From: Bacteroidia bacterium
Lineage (GTDB): Bacteria > Bacteroidota > Bacteroidia > UBA4408
NCBI GenBank assembly: GCA_044374175.1
Contig: JBILPB010000003.1
Span: 1 to 62,468 of the forward strand
Direction: 5' to 3'
DNA length: 62,468 bases
The number at the start of each line of letters is the position of its first letter. The stretch's first letter is position 1. Under the pieces are notes generated by a model. It did no database searches, was not told where the DNA came from, and saw nothing but the letters and a program-made list of their open reading frames with translations. Made by a program: the position numbers and the translations under genes. Shown piece after piece: positions 19,987 to 30,047 of the stretch.

Positions 19987-20227
19987 AATTTTTCTTTAAT
20001 GGTTTTAAAAAAGGAATGCAAACCTACTAAATTTTAGCGAATTAACTAATCTACTTATACAAGCTATAAAATCTAAAATTCTAAAAAAAGTTAAACCACA
20101 AATATTAATTTGAGTATGCCTGCCATTTTATAAAAACTTGATAAAGTTTCACAATAGTCAAGTAGTTGCCTCATGCTTTTCTCTGCCTTAATCTTCCTGC
20201 TTTTGTTAAAAACACATTGTTTTTACG

Positions 20228-20235
20228 TACCTTTG
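20228..20235 (+). promoter_or_regulatory. -7 element (with -33 TTTG at 20202-20205) for the His-rich ORF/TBDR operon
   Basis: TACCTTTG 11 nt before the ATG at 20247; TTTG ends 22 nt upstream of it. Confidence 0.6.
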
Positions 20236-20246
20236 CAACTGTAAAA

Positions 20247-20585
20247 ATGAAAAAATACAAAATCACTGGTGTTTGGTTTCTTATTTCGTTATTGGTATTT
20301 GCCATAACGCCAAAGGATATTTTTCATGAATTTCATGAGCATGCACATGAAATTGAGCATGTTGATTTAGATTGTCATAAGCAACATTTTGAAACTAAAC
20401 ATACCCACTGTCCGGTTTTAAAACAAGTTGCACCGCTGTTTTATATTAACGCAGAAATATTTTCTAGTCCATTTGCTCAGTATATTGCTTTATTTGATTA
20501 CCCAACAAAAGTATTTCTAAAAACGCCTACCCATTTTATGTTTGGCCTAAAAGCTCCGCCTTACAGCATTAGCCGCGTTTGCTAA
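20247..20585 (+). CDS. Small His/Cys-rich membrane-anchored protein upstream of a TonB-dependent receptor
   Basis: Likely start is the ATG at 20247 (MKKYKITGVWFL). A hydrophobic helix is followed by FHEFHEHAHEIEHVDLDCHKQHFETKHTHCP, and the C-terminal region has a KAPP motif. Confidence 0.7.
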   Translation: MKKYKITGVWFLISLLVFAITPKDIFHEFHEHAHEIEHVDLDCHKQHFETKHTHCPVLKQVAPLFYINAEIFSSPFAQYIALFDYPTKVFLKTPTHFMFGLKAPPYSISRVC

Positions 20586-20656
20586 TTTTTTTTCTATTTA
20601 GATTACTTGAGTAGTATTATTCAGCTAATCTTCTATTATTTTAAATTTTCTTAGAA

Positions 20657-22999
20657 ATGCAGAAATTGCTTTGGATAGCATTTTTGTTGCTGCCTGTATT
20701 TTTAAAGGCACAACAAGATGTTCAAGATTGTGTTTACACGCTTAAAGGTACAGTTATAGATGAGCATAATAAAGAGGCTTTACCCTATGCCACTGTTGTT
20801 ATAAAAAATACTCCGTTGGCTTCAGTTAGCGATAGTTTGGGTGTTTTTTATTTCAAAAATTTATGTAAAGGCAACTACTTACTTATTTCATCACATCTTG
20901 ATTGCGAAAATGTGGAAATCGAAGTGGTTCTCGCTGGAAATACCAATGTTGTAATTCATCAGGAACATCATGCAAAAGAATTGCATCAGCTAATCATTGG
21001 GGCAAAAAGAACTGCAGCACAGCAAAGTTTAAACATGAGCACCTTGGGCATCCGAGAAATGCAAGCCAGCAGTGGGAAAGCGCTTGGCGAAATGCTGAAA
21101 GGCATTGCCGGGGTCAATAGTTTACAAACAGGGAATAGCATCAGCAAACCTATCATACACGGCTTGCACAGCAACAGAATTATTATGATGAACAACGGAG
21201 TTAGACAAGAAGGCCAGCAATGGGGAAGTGAACATGGTCCTGAAATAGATCCCTTTGTGGCTGATAAAATTTCTGTTATTAAAGGGGCTGCAGGTGTTAG
21301 GTATGGTCCTGATGCTATTGCTGGCGTGGTGCTTATTGAACCTAATCCTTTGCGTGATAGTGCAGGTTATGATGCCATAGTTAATTTGGCAGGAGCTAGT
21401 AATGGTAAACAAGGCACCACAAATGGCATTTTAAATGGAAACATCAAACAATTGAATGGATTGAATTTTAGACTGCAAGGCACACTTAAACAGGCTGGCA
21501 ACAGCAAGGCTCCAGATTATTATTTAAAAAATACCGGATTTACCGAAAAGAATTTTTCTGCTGCAATAGCTTATCAAAAAACAAACTTCGGTACTGAAGT
21601 ATTCTACAGCAAATTCAACAGTAAACTAGGCATTTTATCGGCTGCACATATTGGTAATCTTACCGATTTAGAAAGAGCCTTTAATAGCAAAGTGCCGCTG
21701 GATTCAGCCGGTTTTAACTATGATATTCAAGGACCTTACCAACTTATTGTGCACGATTTAATAAAATGGAAATCATACCTCAATTTTAGTAAAGCGGGTA
21801 AAATTATTTACACTTTGTCGCGCCAGCGAGATAATAGAAGTGAATTTGATAAACATGGACCTAGAAATGATAGTTTGGCAGCATTAAATAAACCAGCACT
21901 AAATTTCATTATTCATACTTTAATACATGAAGTTATTTATGAATTGCAGTACGCCAAAAAGTTCAATACTCAGCTTGGGTACATGAACATGCATCAGGCA
22001 AATAGTTATGATGGCCGCTATTTTATTCCAAATTTCAACAATAAAGGTTGGGGAGTTTTTGGGATAGAAAGTTATCACTATAAAAACTTTTTTGCAGAAG
22101 CTGGTATCCGCTTTGACGAAAGAAAACTTCGCGTATTTTTAGAAAAAAACGGTTTTATCAAACAGCCTTTGTATAGCTATAAAAAGTACTCGGGTTTACT
22201 GGGTGCTGGTTATCATTTTAAAGAGCATGATGTTAAAGTAAACATTGGCACTGGCTGGAGAGCACCTGGCGTAAATGAATTGTATGCCAATGGAGTTCAT
22301 CATGGCGCAGCAACTGTAGAGATTGGTGATGAAAATTTGAAACCAGAAAGCAATATCAATACGGCTGTTTGGTGGGGAATAAAACCAATAAAAAAAATAG
22401 GAGGAGAAGTTGAAATTTACCAAAATACTATTCAAAATTTTATTTATTTAATTCCTGTTCAACCAGCTACACAAACCATTAGAGGCGCATTTTCAACTTT
22501 TAAATACAAGCAGGTAAATGCAAATTTAAGAGGAATTGATTTGCAATTAAAGTACTTTGTTAATAGCACTTTGCAATTTAATATAAAAGGAAGTTATCTA
22601 TACGCCATCAACTCAGTTACAAATACTAGACTTACGCAAATGCCTCAAAACAGCATAGAGCCGAGTTTGGTGTGGGAGCCAAATCTGAAAAGTAAACAAT
22701 GGAACAACTTTTATGTAAAAATTGCATACACAATGGTTGCTCAAGCTGTTAATGTTTCAAATGATGAGGATTATTTAAGTCCTCCAGCTGCTTATCAATT
22801 ATTAAATGCCGATGCAGGAATTTCATTAAAAGTAAAACAACAAAAACTTAATTTAGGATTAAGTATTACAAATGCTTTAAATATCAGTTACAGAGCCTAT
22901 TTAAATAGATACAGATACTTTGCTGATGAGCTTGGCACAAATGTATCAATACACTTAAAAATACCAATAAATTTTAAACAAAACAACAATGAAAAATAA
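20657..22999 (+). CDS. TonB-dependent receptor (CarboxypepD_reg-like N-terminus, plug, barrel), probably for a metal
   Basis: LPYATV, ISKPIIHGLHSNRI, GSEHGPEIDPF, VIKGAAGVRYG..AIAGVV, RAPGVNELYANGVHHG. Confidence 0.92.
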   Translation: MQKLLWIAFLLLPVFLKAQQDVQDCVYTLKGTVIDEHNKEALPYATVVIKNTPLASVSDSLGVFYFKNLCKGNYLLISSHLDCENVEIEVVLAGNTNVVIHQEHHAKELHQLIIGAKRTAAQQSLNMSTLGIREMQASSGKALGEMLKGIAGVNSLQTGNSISKPIIHGLHSNRIIMMNNGVRQEGQQWGSEHGPEIDPFVADKISVIKGAAGVRYGPDAIAGVVLIEPNPLRDSAGYDAIVNLAGASNGKQGTTNGILNGNIKQLNGLNFRLQGTLKQAGNSKAPDYYLKNTGFTEKNFSAAIAYQKTNFGTEVFYSKFNSKLGILSAAHIGNLTDLERAFNSKVPLDSAGFNYDIQGPYQLIVHDLIKWKSYLNFSKAGKIIYTLSRQRDNRSEFDKHGPRNDSLAALNKPALNFIIHTLIHEVIYELQYAKKFNTQLGYMNMHQANSYDGRYFIPNFNNKGWGVFGIESYHYKNFFAEAGIRFDERKLRVFLEKNGFIKQPLYSYKKYSGLLGAGYHFKEHDVKVNIGTGWRAPGVNELYANGVHHGAATVEIGDENLKPESNINTAVWWGIKPIKKIGGEVEIYQNTIQNFIYLIPVQPATQTIRGAFSTFKYKQVNANLRGIDLQLKYFVNSTLQFNIKGSYLYAINSVTNTRLTQMPQNSIEPSLVWEPNLKSKQWNNFYVKIAYTMVAQAVNVSNDEDYLSPPAAYQLLNADAGISLKVKQQKLNLGLSITNALNISYRAYLNRYRYFADELGTNVSIHLKIPINFKQNNNEK

Positions 23000-23549
23000 C
23001 AAACAAATATTACTCTTATGTGCTGCATTGCTTACTTTGCATGCTTGCAAAAAGGATGCGGATTTACCTAAATTACCTGAACCCATCAACGAACCAGAAG
23101 TAATTACTTCTCTTAAATTAACTTTTACCGACTCTGCCAATGCAAGCAATGTAATCACTGCAAATTTTATAGATAATGATGGCGATGGAGGAAATCAACC
23201 AAGTACATTTGATACCATTAAATTAAAATCAAATACAACCTATTTTGCTTCACTCAGTATTTTTAATAGTATTGTTAATGAGGAAATTACTTCTGAAATA
23301 GTTGAAGAAGCCAACGATCATTTGTTTATTTATAAACCTACCGCGATTGATTTGGCAATTAATGTAACCGACAGTGATAGTAATAATCCACCTTTGCCAA
23401 TTGGATTAAAATCTAAATGGCGCACTGGTATTTCAGGAAACGGTACGGTGCAAATTATTTTAAAACATCAACCAGGAATCAAAGATGGAACTGAGGCACC
23501 CGGTGATACAGATGTTGATTTAAATTTTCAAACAAAAATTACAAACTAA
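22989..23549 (+). CDS. Surface lipoprotein coupled to the TBDR
   Basis: Lipobox LHAC, EPEVITSLKLTF, DNDGDGG, EEANDHLF, LKHQP, GDTDVD; overlaps the TBDR stop. Confidence 0.8.
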   Translation: MKNNKQILLLCAALLTLHACKKDADLPKLPEPINEPEVITSLKLTFTDSANASNVITANFIDNDGDGGNQPSTFDTIKLKSNTTYFASLSIFNSIVNEEITSEIVEEANDHLFIYKPTAIDLAINVTDSDSNNPPLPIGLKSKWRTGISGNGTVQIILKHQPGIKDGTEAPGDTDVDLNFQTKITN

Positions 23550-23563
23550 AAACAATCAAGAAC

Positions 23564-24022
23564 ATGAAAAATAACAAGTTATATACTTTTGTATTATTTA
23601 TACTTACTGTTGCCATCGTTAGCGGTGGCTGTAACAAAACAAAACAACATTCAAAGTGGCTCACTGGCCAAACATGGATAGTAAATGAAGTAAGTATTGA
23701 TGGTGTGTCTTTTGGTTTGCTGCCTAAATTAAATTTTGATGATTGCGATATTTATGATGAAATATGCTTTGGAACTTTACAAATTGAAAACGCTGGTGTG
23801 GCCAACTTTGCCTGGCAAGTGCGAGAAAAAGGAAGTGTTTTTGAACTAAGTGATCAAACTGAAAATGTGAATGAAAGCAATGAAGAGGCTGTGTCATTCT
23901 CCTCCTCTTTTAGCGGCATCTACACTGTGAATAATGCGAATAAAAAAAACATGGAATTAGAAAGCAATAATTGCAAAAGATATCCTGGAAAGAAAGTAAT
24001 TCTTAAACTTTCAAAAGAGTAA
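23564..24022 (+). CDS. Hypothetical lipoprotein (lipocalin-like beta fold possible)
   Basis: GGC lipobox; LTGQTWIVNEV resembles the start of lipocalin-like lipoproteins. Confidence 0.65.
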   Translation: MKNNKLYTFVLFILTVAIVSGGCNKTKQHSKWLTGQTWIVNEVSIDGVSFGLLPKLNFDDCDIYDEICFGTLQIENAGVANFAWQVREKGSVFELSDQTENVNESNEEAVSFSSSFSGIYTVNNANKKNMELESNNCKRYPGKKVILKLSKE

Positions 24023-24027
24023 GCCAC

Positions 24028-24057
24028 AAAAAAAGCCCGCATTTGCGGGCTTTTTTT
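24028..24057. terminator. Bidirectional intrinsic terminator
   Basis: AAAAAAAGCCCGC-ATTT-GCGGGCTTTTTTT. Confidence 0.92.
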
Positions 24058-24075
24058 TATAAACTTAAGAGAAAA

Positions 24076-24288
24076 CTAATCCTCTTTTTTTGCTGTTTTT
24101 TTTGCTGCTGCTTTTTTTGGAGCGGCCTCTTTTTTGGCAGCAACCTTTTTAGGTGCTTCCTCTTTTACAGCTTTTACTTTTTTTACAGAAGCAACTGGCG
24201 CTGCAGCCTTTTTGTCTCTAGGTCTGCTTATACCAAATGAAGCCATTTTTATTTTTCCTTTTCTTGTTTTTTTATCCCCTTTTCCCAT
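24076..24288 (-). CDS. thx: 30S ribosomal protein bTHX family with a Lys/Ala-rich tail
   Basis: N-terminus MGKGDKKTRKGKI...SFG..RPR is the THX signature; the tail consists of AAKK/APKK repeats. Confidence 0.85.
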   Translation of the reverse strand: MGKGDKKTRKGKIKMASFGISRPRDKKAAAPVASVKKVKAVKEEAPKKVAAKKEAAPKKAAAKKTAKKED

Positions 24289-24389
24289 AGTAAATATTTA
24301 TTGATTAGTCATTAATTAATTTAAAACCTATTCACAAACCTATACATTTCGTTTAATTAAACAAAAAAAATGTTGAATTACTATTTAAC

Positions 24390-25439
24390 TTAAATCAAGC
24401 CATTACTCTTAGCTACCATATTACAAATTCTAAATAACAACCTACTACTTACATTTGCATCCCAATCGTTATTGCCAGTTTCATTTAAATCAAAAGCAAT
24501 GATTTGCCTGCCACTTTCAACCACTTTTTCCAATAAATACAACACTTCATCTGTTTCAAACCCACCTGCAACAGGAGTTCCAGTATTAGGACATAATTTT
24601 GGATCTAAAGCATCAGCATCAAAACTTAAATAAACTTTTTGCGGCAATTCATTTACAATATCATTAAAGATATCATCTATTTTTTTGCCTTTAAATTGCG
24701 CTTGCTTTATATCACGATCAAAAAAAGTTTTAACTCTTCCATTTGCTTGTTCAATATAATTGACTTCTTCTTCACAATAATCTCGAATGCCCACTTGCAC
24801 TAATTTACTTATTTGGGGTAATTTTAAAGCGTTGAACATGATACTTGCATGTGAATACTCGAAACCTTCAAACGCAGCTCTTAAATCGCAATGTGCATCT
24901 AATTGTAAAATTCCAAAATTTTCAAACTTTTCAGTAAGTGCCTCTATAATACCCAAAGGTGTGCTATGATCGCCACCTACTCCACCAATAATTTTACCTG
25001 AACTAATAATTTTTGATGTATACTCTTTTACTTGTTGATTAAATATTTTACCCCCTTCATTCACCTCATTATACAAGGTTTCTGCATGTTTTCCGTTTTC
25101 ATTTAAGGTTCCAGAAGTAATTTGTAATAATATCTGAACTGCTTTACTTCTTAGTTTATCACTTTTAGAAACCCAATCTTTATTTACCTCATCCATACAA
25201 ATGCCAATTTTCCAGGCTTCTTTAATGTAAGGATCAAATAAATCTACTTGATGTGAAGCATCAAAAATTAAATCGGGTGCATTTGCAGTACCAGCGCTAA
25301 ATGAAACAGTAACTTCCCAAGGCAGTGGCAATAAAATAACAGCAGCTTCTTCCTTATTAAAAGGCAATCCAAAAATATTGCTATCTTCAGTGGCTGGATC
25401 GTTGGGGTTAAATTGTTTTATTTTTTCTTCTTTTGACAT
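24390..25439 (-). CDS. speB: Agmatinase / ureohydrolase family
   Basis: GGDHS, DAHCD, HAS, SFDADALDP...TGTP. Confidence 0.85.
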   Translation of the reverse strand: MSKEEKIKQFNPNDPATEDSNIFGLPFNKEEAAVILLPLPWEVTVSFSAGTANAPDLIFDASHQVDLFDPYIKEAWKIGICMDEVNKDWVSKSDKLRSKAVQILLQITSGTLNENGKHAETLYNEVNEGGKIFNQQVKEYTSKIISSGKIIGGVGGDHSTPLGIIEALTEKFENFGILQLDAHCDLRAAFEGFEYSHASIMFNALKLPQISKLVQVGIRDYCEEEVNYIEQANGRVKTFFDRDIKQAQFKGKKIDDIFNDIVNELPQKVYLSFDADALDPKLCPNTGTPVAGGFETDEVLYLLEKVVESGRQIIAFDLNETGNNDWDANVSSRLLFRICNMVAKSNGLI

Positions 25440-25488
25440 GCTTATTTATTTTACTGCAAAATTATAATTTTAACCTTGAGTTGATGGC

Positions 25489-25525
25489 AAAAAAAAAGCT
25501 TTCCAAAAATGGAAAGCTTTTTTTT
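25489..25525 (-). terminator. Intrinsic terminator downstream of HU
   Basis: AAAAAAAAAGCTTTCCA-AAAA-TGGAAAGCTTTTTTTT. Confidence 0.88.
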
Positions 25526-25540
25526 AATGTGCTTTAGAAA

Positions 25541-25825
25541 TTATTTTTTCTTTTTGTTAACTGTCTCAGCTAATTCAGCACCAGCTTTAAATCTTACTAC
25601 TTTTTTAGCAGCAATTTTAATTTCTTTACCAGTTTGTGGGTTACGGCCTGTACGAGCAGCACGATCAGCTACTGAAAAAGATCCGAAACCTACTAAAGCT
25701 AATCTGTCGCCTTTCTTCAAAGCAGCAGTTGTAGCACCAATAAAAGCATCTAATGCTTTCTTAGCATCAGCCTTTGTTAACTCAGCATGTGAAGCGATAG
25801 CTTCTACTAATTCTTGTTTGTTCAT
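25541..25825 (-). CDS. hup: HU family DNA-binding protein (94 aa; start at the ATG at 25825)
   Basis: [41 protein letters not shown]. Confidence 0.97.
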   Translation of the reverse strand: MNKQELVEAIASHAELTKADAKKALDAFIGATTAALKKGDRLALVGFGSFSVADRAARTGRNPQTGKEIKIAAKKVVRFKAGAELAETVNKKKK

Positions 25826-26082
25826 GTTTTTAATTTTTAATTGGATTAATAAAACGTTTAACAGCAGCAAAAATAATTCAATTCAAATACGCACCAACAC
25901 TGTAATGCAGAAAAATGACGTTTTGTTGAAAAATCGTTTTTTTTGTTAATAACTGTTCGCTGAAACCCTCTTTTTATGCGCCTTTTCATCCATTGCGAAT
26001 GCCTTTAGTCCCATTTTGGGCTATTCTTATAACATTAGTGACCTTAAAAAGTGTGCTATCACTCGCTAAAAAGAGCTTAATT

Positions 26083-27216
26083 TTACTTTATGCCAAGTAA
26101 TTCTTTTAATTTTATCTCCAATTCTTCTCCTCTTAAGCCTTTTGCTACTATTTTACCTTCTTTATCTATTAAACAAGTAAAAGGAATTCCAGAGATATTA
26201 TACTGCTTTACCACAGATGACTGCCAGTAGCCCAAATCGCTTACATGAGAAGGCCAAAGCAAATGATCGTCATTTATTGCTTTCATCCAAGCTTCTTTGT
26301 CCTTATCTAACGATACACTATAAATATCAAATCCTTTGTCCTTATATGTATTATACATCCTTACTACATTAGGATTTTCGGCACGACAAGGGCGACACCA
26401 ACTTGCCCAAAAATCAATTAAAACAACTTTTCCTTTTAAAGAACTTAAAGCAATGCTTTTTCCATCAGGATTATTTAAAGCTATTTCAGGGGCTAAAGAA
26501 CCGATACTTAAACGGTCTAACTCAAACACTTTTTCGTGAAACATCTTTGTATAAGAATTATTAGGTAAGCTTTTGCTTAAGCTTGCATCAAGCTTTTTAT
26601 AATAAGCTAAATGTGCATCAGGTGTTAATTTATCTATAATGGCCAAGCAGGCTAATGATGAACTATTTTTATCAATGAAATTTTTAATATAGTTATTTTC
26701 AAGGTCTACCATGTTGTTATAAGACTCCTGCAAAACAAACTTAATAGAGTCCAAGGCAGGATTGGCTTGTTCCCTTTGAAACACTCCATTTAATGAGTCT
26801 AAACGCTCTGCATTTCGCTGTAATTGATGCGTTGCCTCAAATAACAATGCACTTTCTTTTGAACCTTTAACTTGCGCAGTTTTTCCTAAATTATTAGCAT
26901 CTGCGTTAAACTCAATTTGTTCTTTATCGTTTACTATTAATAGGATATAATTATTTTCTGCTAATCTAATTCTATAAAAACTTGGTTCTTTAGTATCAAA
27001 TTTTAAGCTAAAATTACCTTTATCATCAATCTTAACACTGTCCTTAACTTTTGCATTTTGGGTTGTTATTTCATCCAAATAAACATAACCATCCTTGAAG
27101 TTAGTTAAATTACCCTTGATAATTCCTTGTTCGGGCTTGCTGCTGCAACTTAAAAAAGCTACAGTAAACAAAGCCATTAATACTATACTCAATAAGCCGC
27201 TATTTTGATTTTTCAT
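26083..27216 (-). CDS. TlpA-family thiol:disulfide oxidoreductase lipoprotein (DUF4369-like N-terminus)
   Basis: Lipobox FLSC; LKGKVVLIDFWASWCRPCRAENP. Confidence 0.92.
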   Translation of the reverse strand: MKNQNSGLLSIVLMALFTVAFLSCSSKPEQGIIKGNLTNFKDGYVYLDEITTQNAKVKDSVKIDDKGNFSLKFDTKEPSFYRIRLAENNYILLIVNDKEQIEFNADANNLGKTAQVKGSKESALLFEATHQLQRNAERLDSLNGVFQREQANPALDSIKFVLQESYNNMVDLENNYIKNFIDKNSSSLACLAIIDKLTPDAHLAYYKKLDASLSKSLPNNSYTKMFHEKVFELDRLSIGSLAPEIALNNPDGKSIALSSLKGKVVLIDFWASWCRPCRAENPNVVRMYNTYKDKGFDIYSVSLDKDKEAWMKAINDDHLLWPSHVSDLGYWQSSVVKQYNISGIPFTCLIDKEGKIVAKGLRGEELEIKLKELLGIK

Positions 27217-27242
27217 ATTTTGTTTTATTGTTTTTAATATAA

Positions 27243-27869
27243 TTAAAAGAGAAAGCCTACTCTCAATAAAATAGGTATACCTCCATTGTAATAAGGAGAG
27301 GCAGGATCATTTATTAAATCATACAGTAATGATAAATAAACCCCTCCTATTTCACCCCCTGAGTAATAACCTATTCCTAAAGGAGCGCTTCCTATCCATA
27401 TTCTTTTTTGATCGTATGGAGGCAGAGGATTATAAGTAGCCACGTTATAGGCATTGAATTCGCCATACGCAAAAAGCCCCGAAACAATAGCATATTGCGC
27501 AAAAACAGTTGGACCGTATATATGGGTAACATACTTTTGTCCATAATCTTTCAGACTAAAATAAATGTAATTAAAGCCTGCTCCAACCACTAACTTTTCT
27601 TTTAATTGATAACCCACTTTTGGTGATAATTCTACATAAGTCTGTTGTCCAAAAAAAGCTCCAAAACTACCACCATACCTCAATTTTTTAGCAAACTCTT
27701 CATTATTTTGTTTTGCCTGTTTGTCCTTTGCTTCTTTTTCAGTTGCTTTTTTGGCTTCTTCACTTTGAACGTAAGGATCAATAGTGTCGTTTTGCGCACA
27801 AACAGTTTGAAATGTGGCGATAACAGTTACAACCAATAATAAAGCATATTTTAGAGCGAAAGACCTCAT
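27243..27869 (-). CDS. Hypothetical outer-membrane beta-barrel protein
   Basis: Signal peptide, alternating beta-strand pattern, C-terminal GFLF. Confidence 0.7.
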   Translation of the reverse strand: MRSFALKYALLLVVTVIATFQTVCAQNDTIDPYVQSEEAKKATEKEAKDKQAKQNNEEFAKKLRYGGSFGAFFGQQTYVELSPKVGYQLKEKLVVGAGFNYIYFSLKDYGQKYVTHIYGPTVFAQYAIVSGLFAYGEFNAYNVATYNPLPPYDQKRIWIGSAPLGIGYYSGGEIGGVYLSLLYDLINDPASPYYNGGIPILLRVGFLF

Positions 27870-27879
27870 CTCTTCAATT

Positions 27880-28692
27880 TTAAATTTGACTTATTAATTC
27901 TTTCATAATAAGTGTCATTTTGGGTTCGGCTTTTTCTGCTACTCTTTGCACATCTTCATGAGTTACCTTCACAATTCGTCCATCAACACCCATATCTGTG
28001 ATAATTGAGATAGCGAAGCACGGAATACCCATGTGTCTTCCAACAATTACTTCAGGTACTGTACTCATACCAACTGCATCAGCACCAATGTTTCTAACAT
28101 ATCGATATTCGGCAGGAGTTTCTAAACAAGGACCGCTTACACCAGCGTATGAACCAACCTGCACTTTAATATTATTTTTTTCAGCAATTTCTTTTGCTAA
28201 AGCTATCAATTGAATATCGTAAGGTTCACTCATATCCGGGAATCGAGGACCTAATTCAGGATAATTTTTACCAATTAAAGGATTGGTTGGAAACAGGTTC
28301 ACATGGTCATTTAAAATCATTAAATCGCCTATTTCAAAATTTGGATTTACACCACCGCTAGCATTGCTTACAAACAATTTCTCAATTCCTAAGTATTTCA
28401 TTACGCGCACCGGAAAAGTTACCTGTTTCATGTCATAACCTTCATAATAATGAAATCTACCTTGCATGGCCACCACATTTTTACCACCTAATTTACCAAA
28501 AATAAGTTTGCCAGAATGCCCCTCTACTGTACTCAGTGGAAAATTAGGTATTTGCTCATAGGGTAAAACATGATGTGTTTCAATTTCTTTTACTAAACCA
28601 CCAAGACCTGTTCCTAAAATGATACCCACCTGTGGTTTAAAATTTACTGTTTTTTCAATAAAATCGGCTGTTTGCTTAATTTGTTCTAACAT
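27880..28692 (-). CDS. punA: Purine-nucleoside phosphorylase (trimeric family)
   Basis: ILGTGLG, STVEGH, QGRFHYYEGY, GPCLET, GMSTVPE, HEDV. Confidence 0.95.
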   Translation of the reverse strand: MLEQIKQTADFIEKTVNFKPQVGIILGTGLGGLVKEIETHHVLPYEQIPNFPLSTVEGHSGKLIFGKLGGKNVVAMQGRFHYYEGYDMKQVTFPVRVMKYLGIEKLFVSNASGGVNPNFEIGDLMILNDHVNLFPTNPLIGKNYPELGPRFPDMSEPYDIQLIALAKEIAEKNNIKVQVGSYAGVSGPCLETPAEYRYVRNIGADAVGMSTVPEVIVGRHMGIPCFAISIITDMGVDGRIVKVTHEDVQRVAEKAEPKMTLIMKELISQI

Positions 28693-29749
28693 AATTCAAT
28701 ATAAGTTGATTAAAATTTTCTTCATCCTGTTGATGCATTTGCACTGCAATACTAATAAAAAACAAAGGCAAATTGCTCCATTCTGAAGACAAATTTAAAT
28801 GTAATAGTCGCATGGCATCTTTTTCTGTTGTTAAAATAATCTTTTTTGAAGTTCGCAAACCTTCGAATTCATTCTTTATACGTAACAAATCTGTTTTGCT
28901 AAAAGTATGATGATCATCAAAGCATATTAATTTATAGGCTTTGCATTTACTACGAACAAAATCTTCAAGTAAAGAAGGGTTAGCTATACCTGCAAATACT
29001 ATTACTTCGGTATCTTTTCCAATTACATTCTTAAAATTAGGCTCAAGAAATACACTTTTATTAAAAAAATGAGTGAAGGCGTGGTAGTGAATATAACTAA
29101 AAAAAACCTGTTGATTTGCCTTAGCATTTATTTTAGCTAAAATATGCCTGCGCTCTATTGGTGAAAATATAGCAGGTGTTTTACTCACAATTATAATATC
29201 TGCCCTATGAATACCAATCTTAAACTCTCTTAAATTTCCAGTTGGCAACATCCTATCATCGTAATACATATGCGCATAATCGGTAAGCACAATATTTAAG
29301 CCTGCTTTTACTGAACGGTGTTGAAATGCATCATCTAGCAATATTACCTCCAAGGCTGGAAACTTAGCCAATAATTTTTTTATCCCCCTTCTACGCTTGG
29401 CATCAACTGCAACAATAATATCCATAAATTTATGATAATACTGTGCTGGCTCATCACCTATGGTTAATGCATTATCAGTTAGTGAAGCAATTCTAAAACC
29501 ACTTGTTTTCCTTCCATAGCCTCTCGAAAGCGTAGCAATTTTAAAAGTATCACCAAGAAGCTTAATTAAATACTCTATGTGGGGAGTTTTGCCAGTACCA
29601 CCTGTACTTAGATTTCCTACAGAAATAGTTTTAACCTTTGGATAAAAAATGTAAAATAGCTTTTTATCAAAAAACCAGTTTCTTAATTGAATAATTAACC
29701 CGTATAATATTGAAATAGGATAAAGAAATAAGCGTAGAATTTTTATCAT
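28676..29749 (-). CDS. lpxK: Tetraacyldisaccharide 4'-kinase
   Basis: SVGNLSTGGTGKTP, LSRGYGR, LDDAFQHR, GNLRE, FAGIANP, TTEKDA. Confidence 0.96.
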   Translation of the reverse strand: MIKILRLFLYPISILYGLIIQLRNWFFDKKLFYIFYPKVKTISVGNLSTGGTGKTPHIEYLIKLLGDTFKIATLSRGYGRKTSGFRIASLTDNALTIGDEPAQYYHKFMDIIVAVDAKRRRGIKKLLAKFPALEVILLDDAFQHRSVKAGLNIVLTDYAHMYYDDRMLPTGNLREFKIGIHRADIIIVSKTPAIFSPIERRHILAKINAKANQQVFFSYIHYHAFTHFFNKSVFLEPNFKNVIGKDTEVIVFAGIANPSLLEDFVRSKCKAYKLICFDDHHTFSKTDLLRIKNEFEGLRTSKKIILTTEKDAMRLLHLNLSSEWSNLPLFFISIAVQMHQQDEENFNQLILNYVRTN

Positions 29750-30047
29750 TTACATGAAATTAAGTTAATACTACCTATTGTTGGAGTTTAACAACAAATC
29801 CGTTATGACCAGCAATTCTTTAACTATAGTTATACTAAAATGGTTATAAATTATCCACAATAATATCATTTTTTAAGACAAATGCACTAATAGCAATGAT
29901 AATAATGTCTTGTTGCTTCATCTTATTTGAGACAAAACTATAAAAGAGGTATGAAAAATTCTATTAATTAGCGTTTGTACTTTTCACAATGAGTAAAAAT
30001 AGCTGCTCATTTTTCAAGATGCACAAATAGCCTATTTTAATAAAAAA

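Noticed and set aside
24043-24240. Cys/Phe-rich + strand ORF
   Set aside because: Antisense shadow of the Lys/Ala-rich THX gene; the composition is a reverse-complement artefact.
928-25439. Functional link between the urea transporter and agmatinase (a urea producer)
   Set aside because: The genes are about 21 kb apart in unrelated transcription units, and there is no sequence evidence of co-regulation.
25509-25949. 146-aa + strand ORF overlapping HU
   Set aside because: Antisense shadow of the highly conserved hup gene, with no recognisable protein features.
25871-26082. Possible structured ncRNA upstream of HU
   Set aside because: Somewhat GC-richer, but I could not identify a convincing stem set or a known family by eye; it would need a covariance search.
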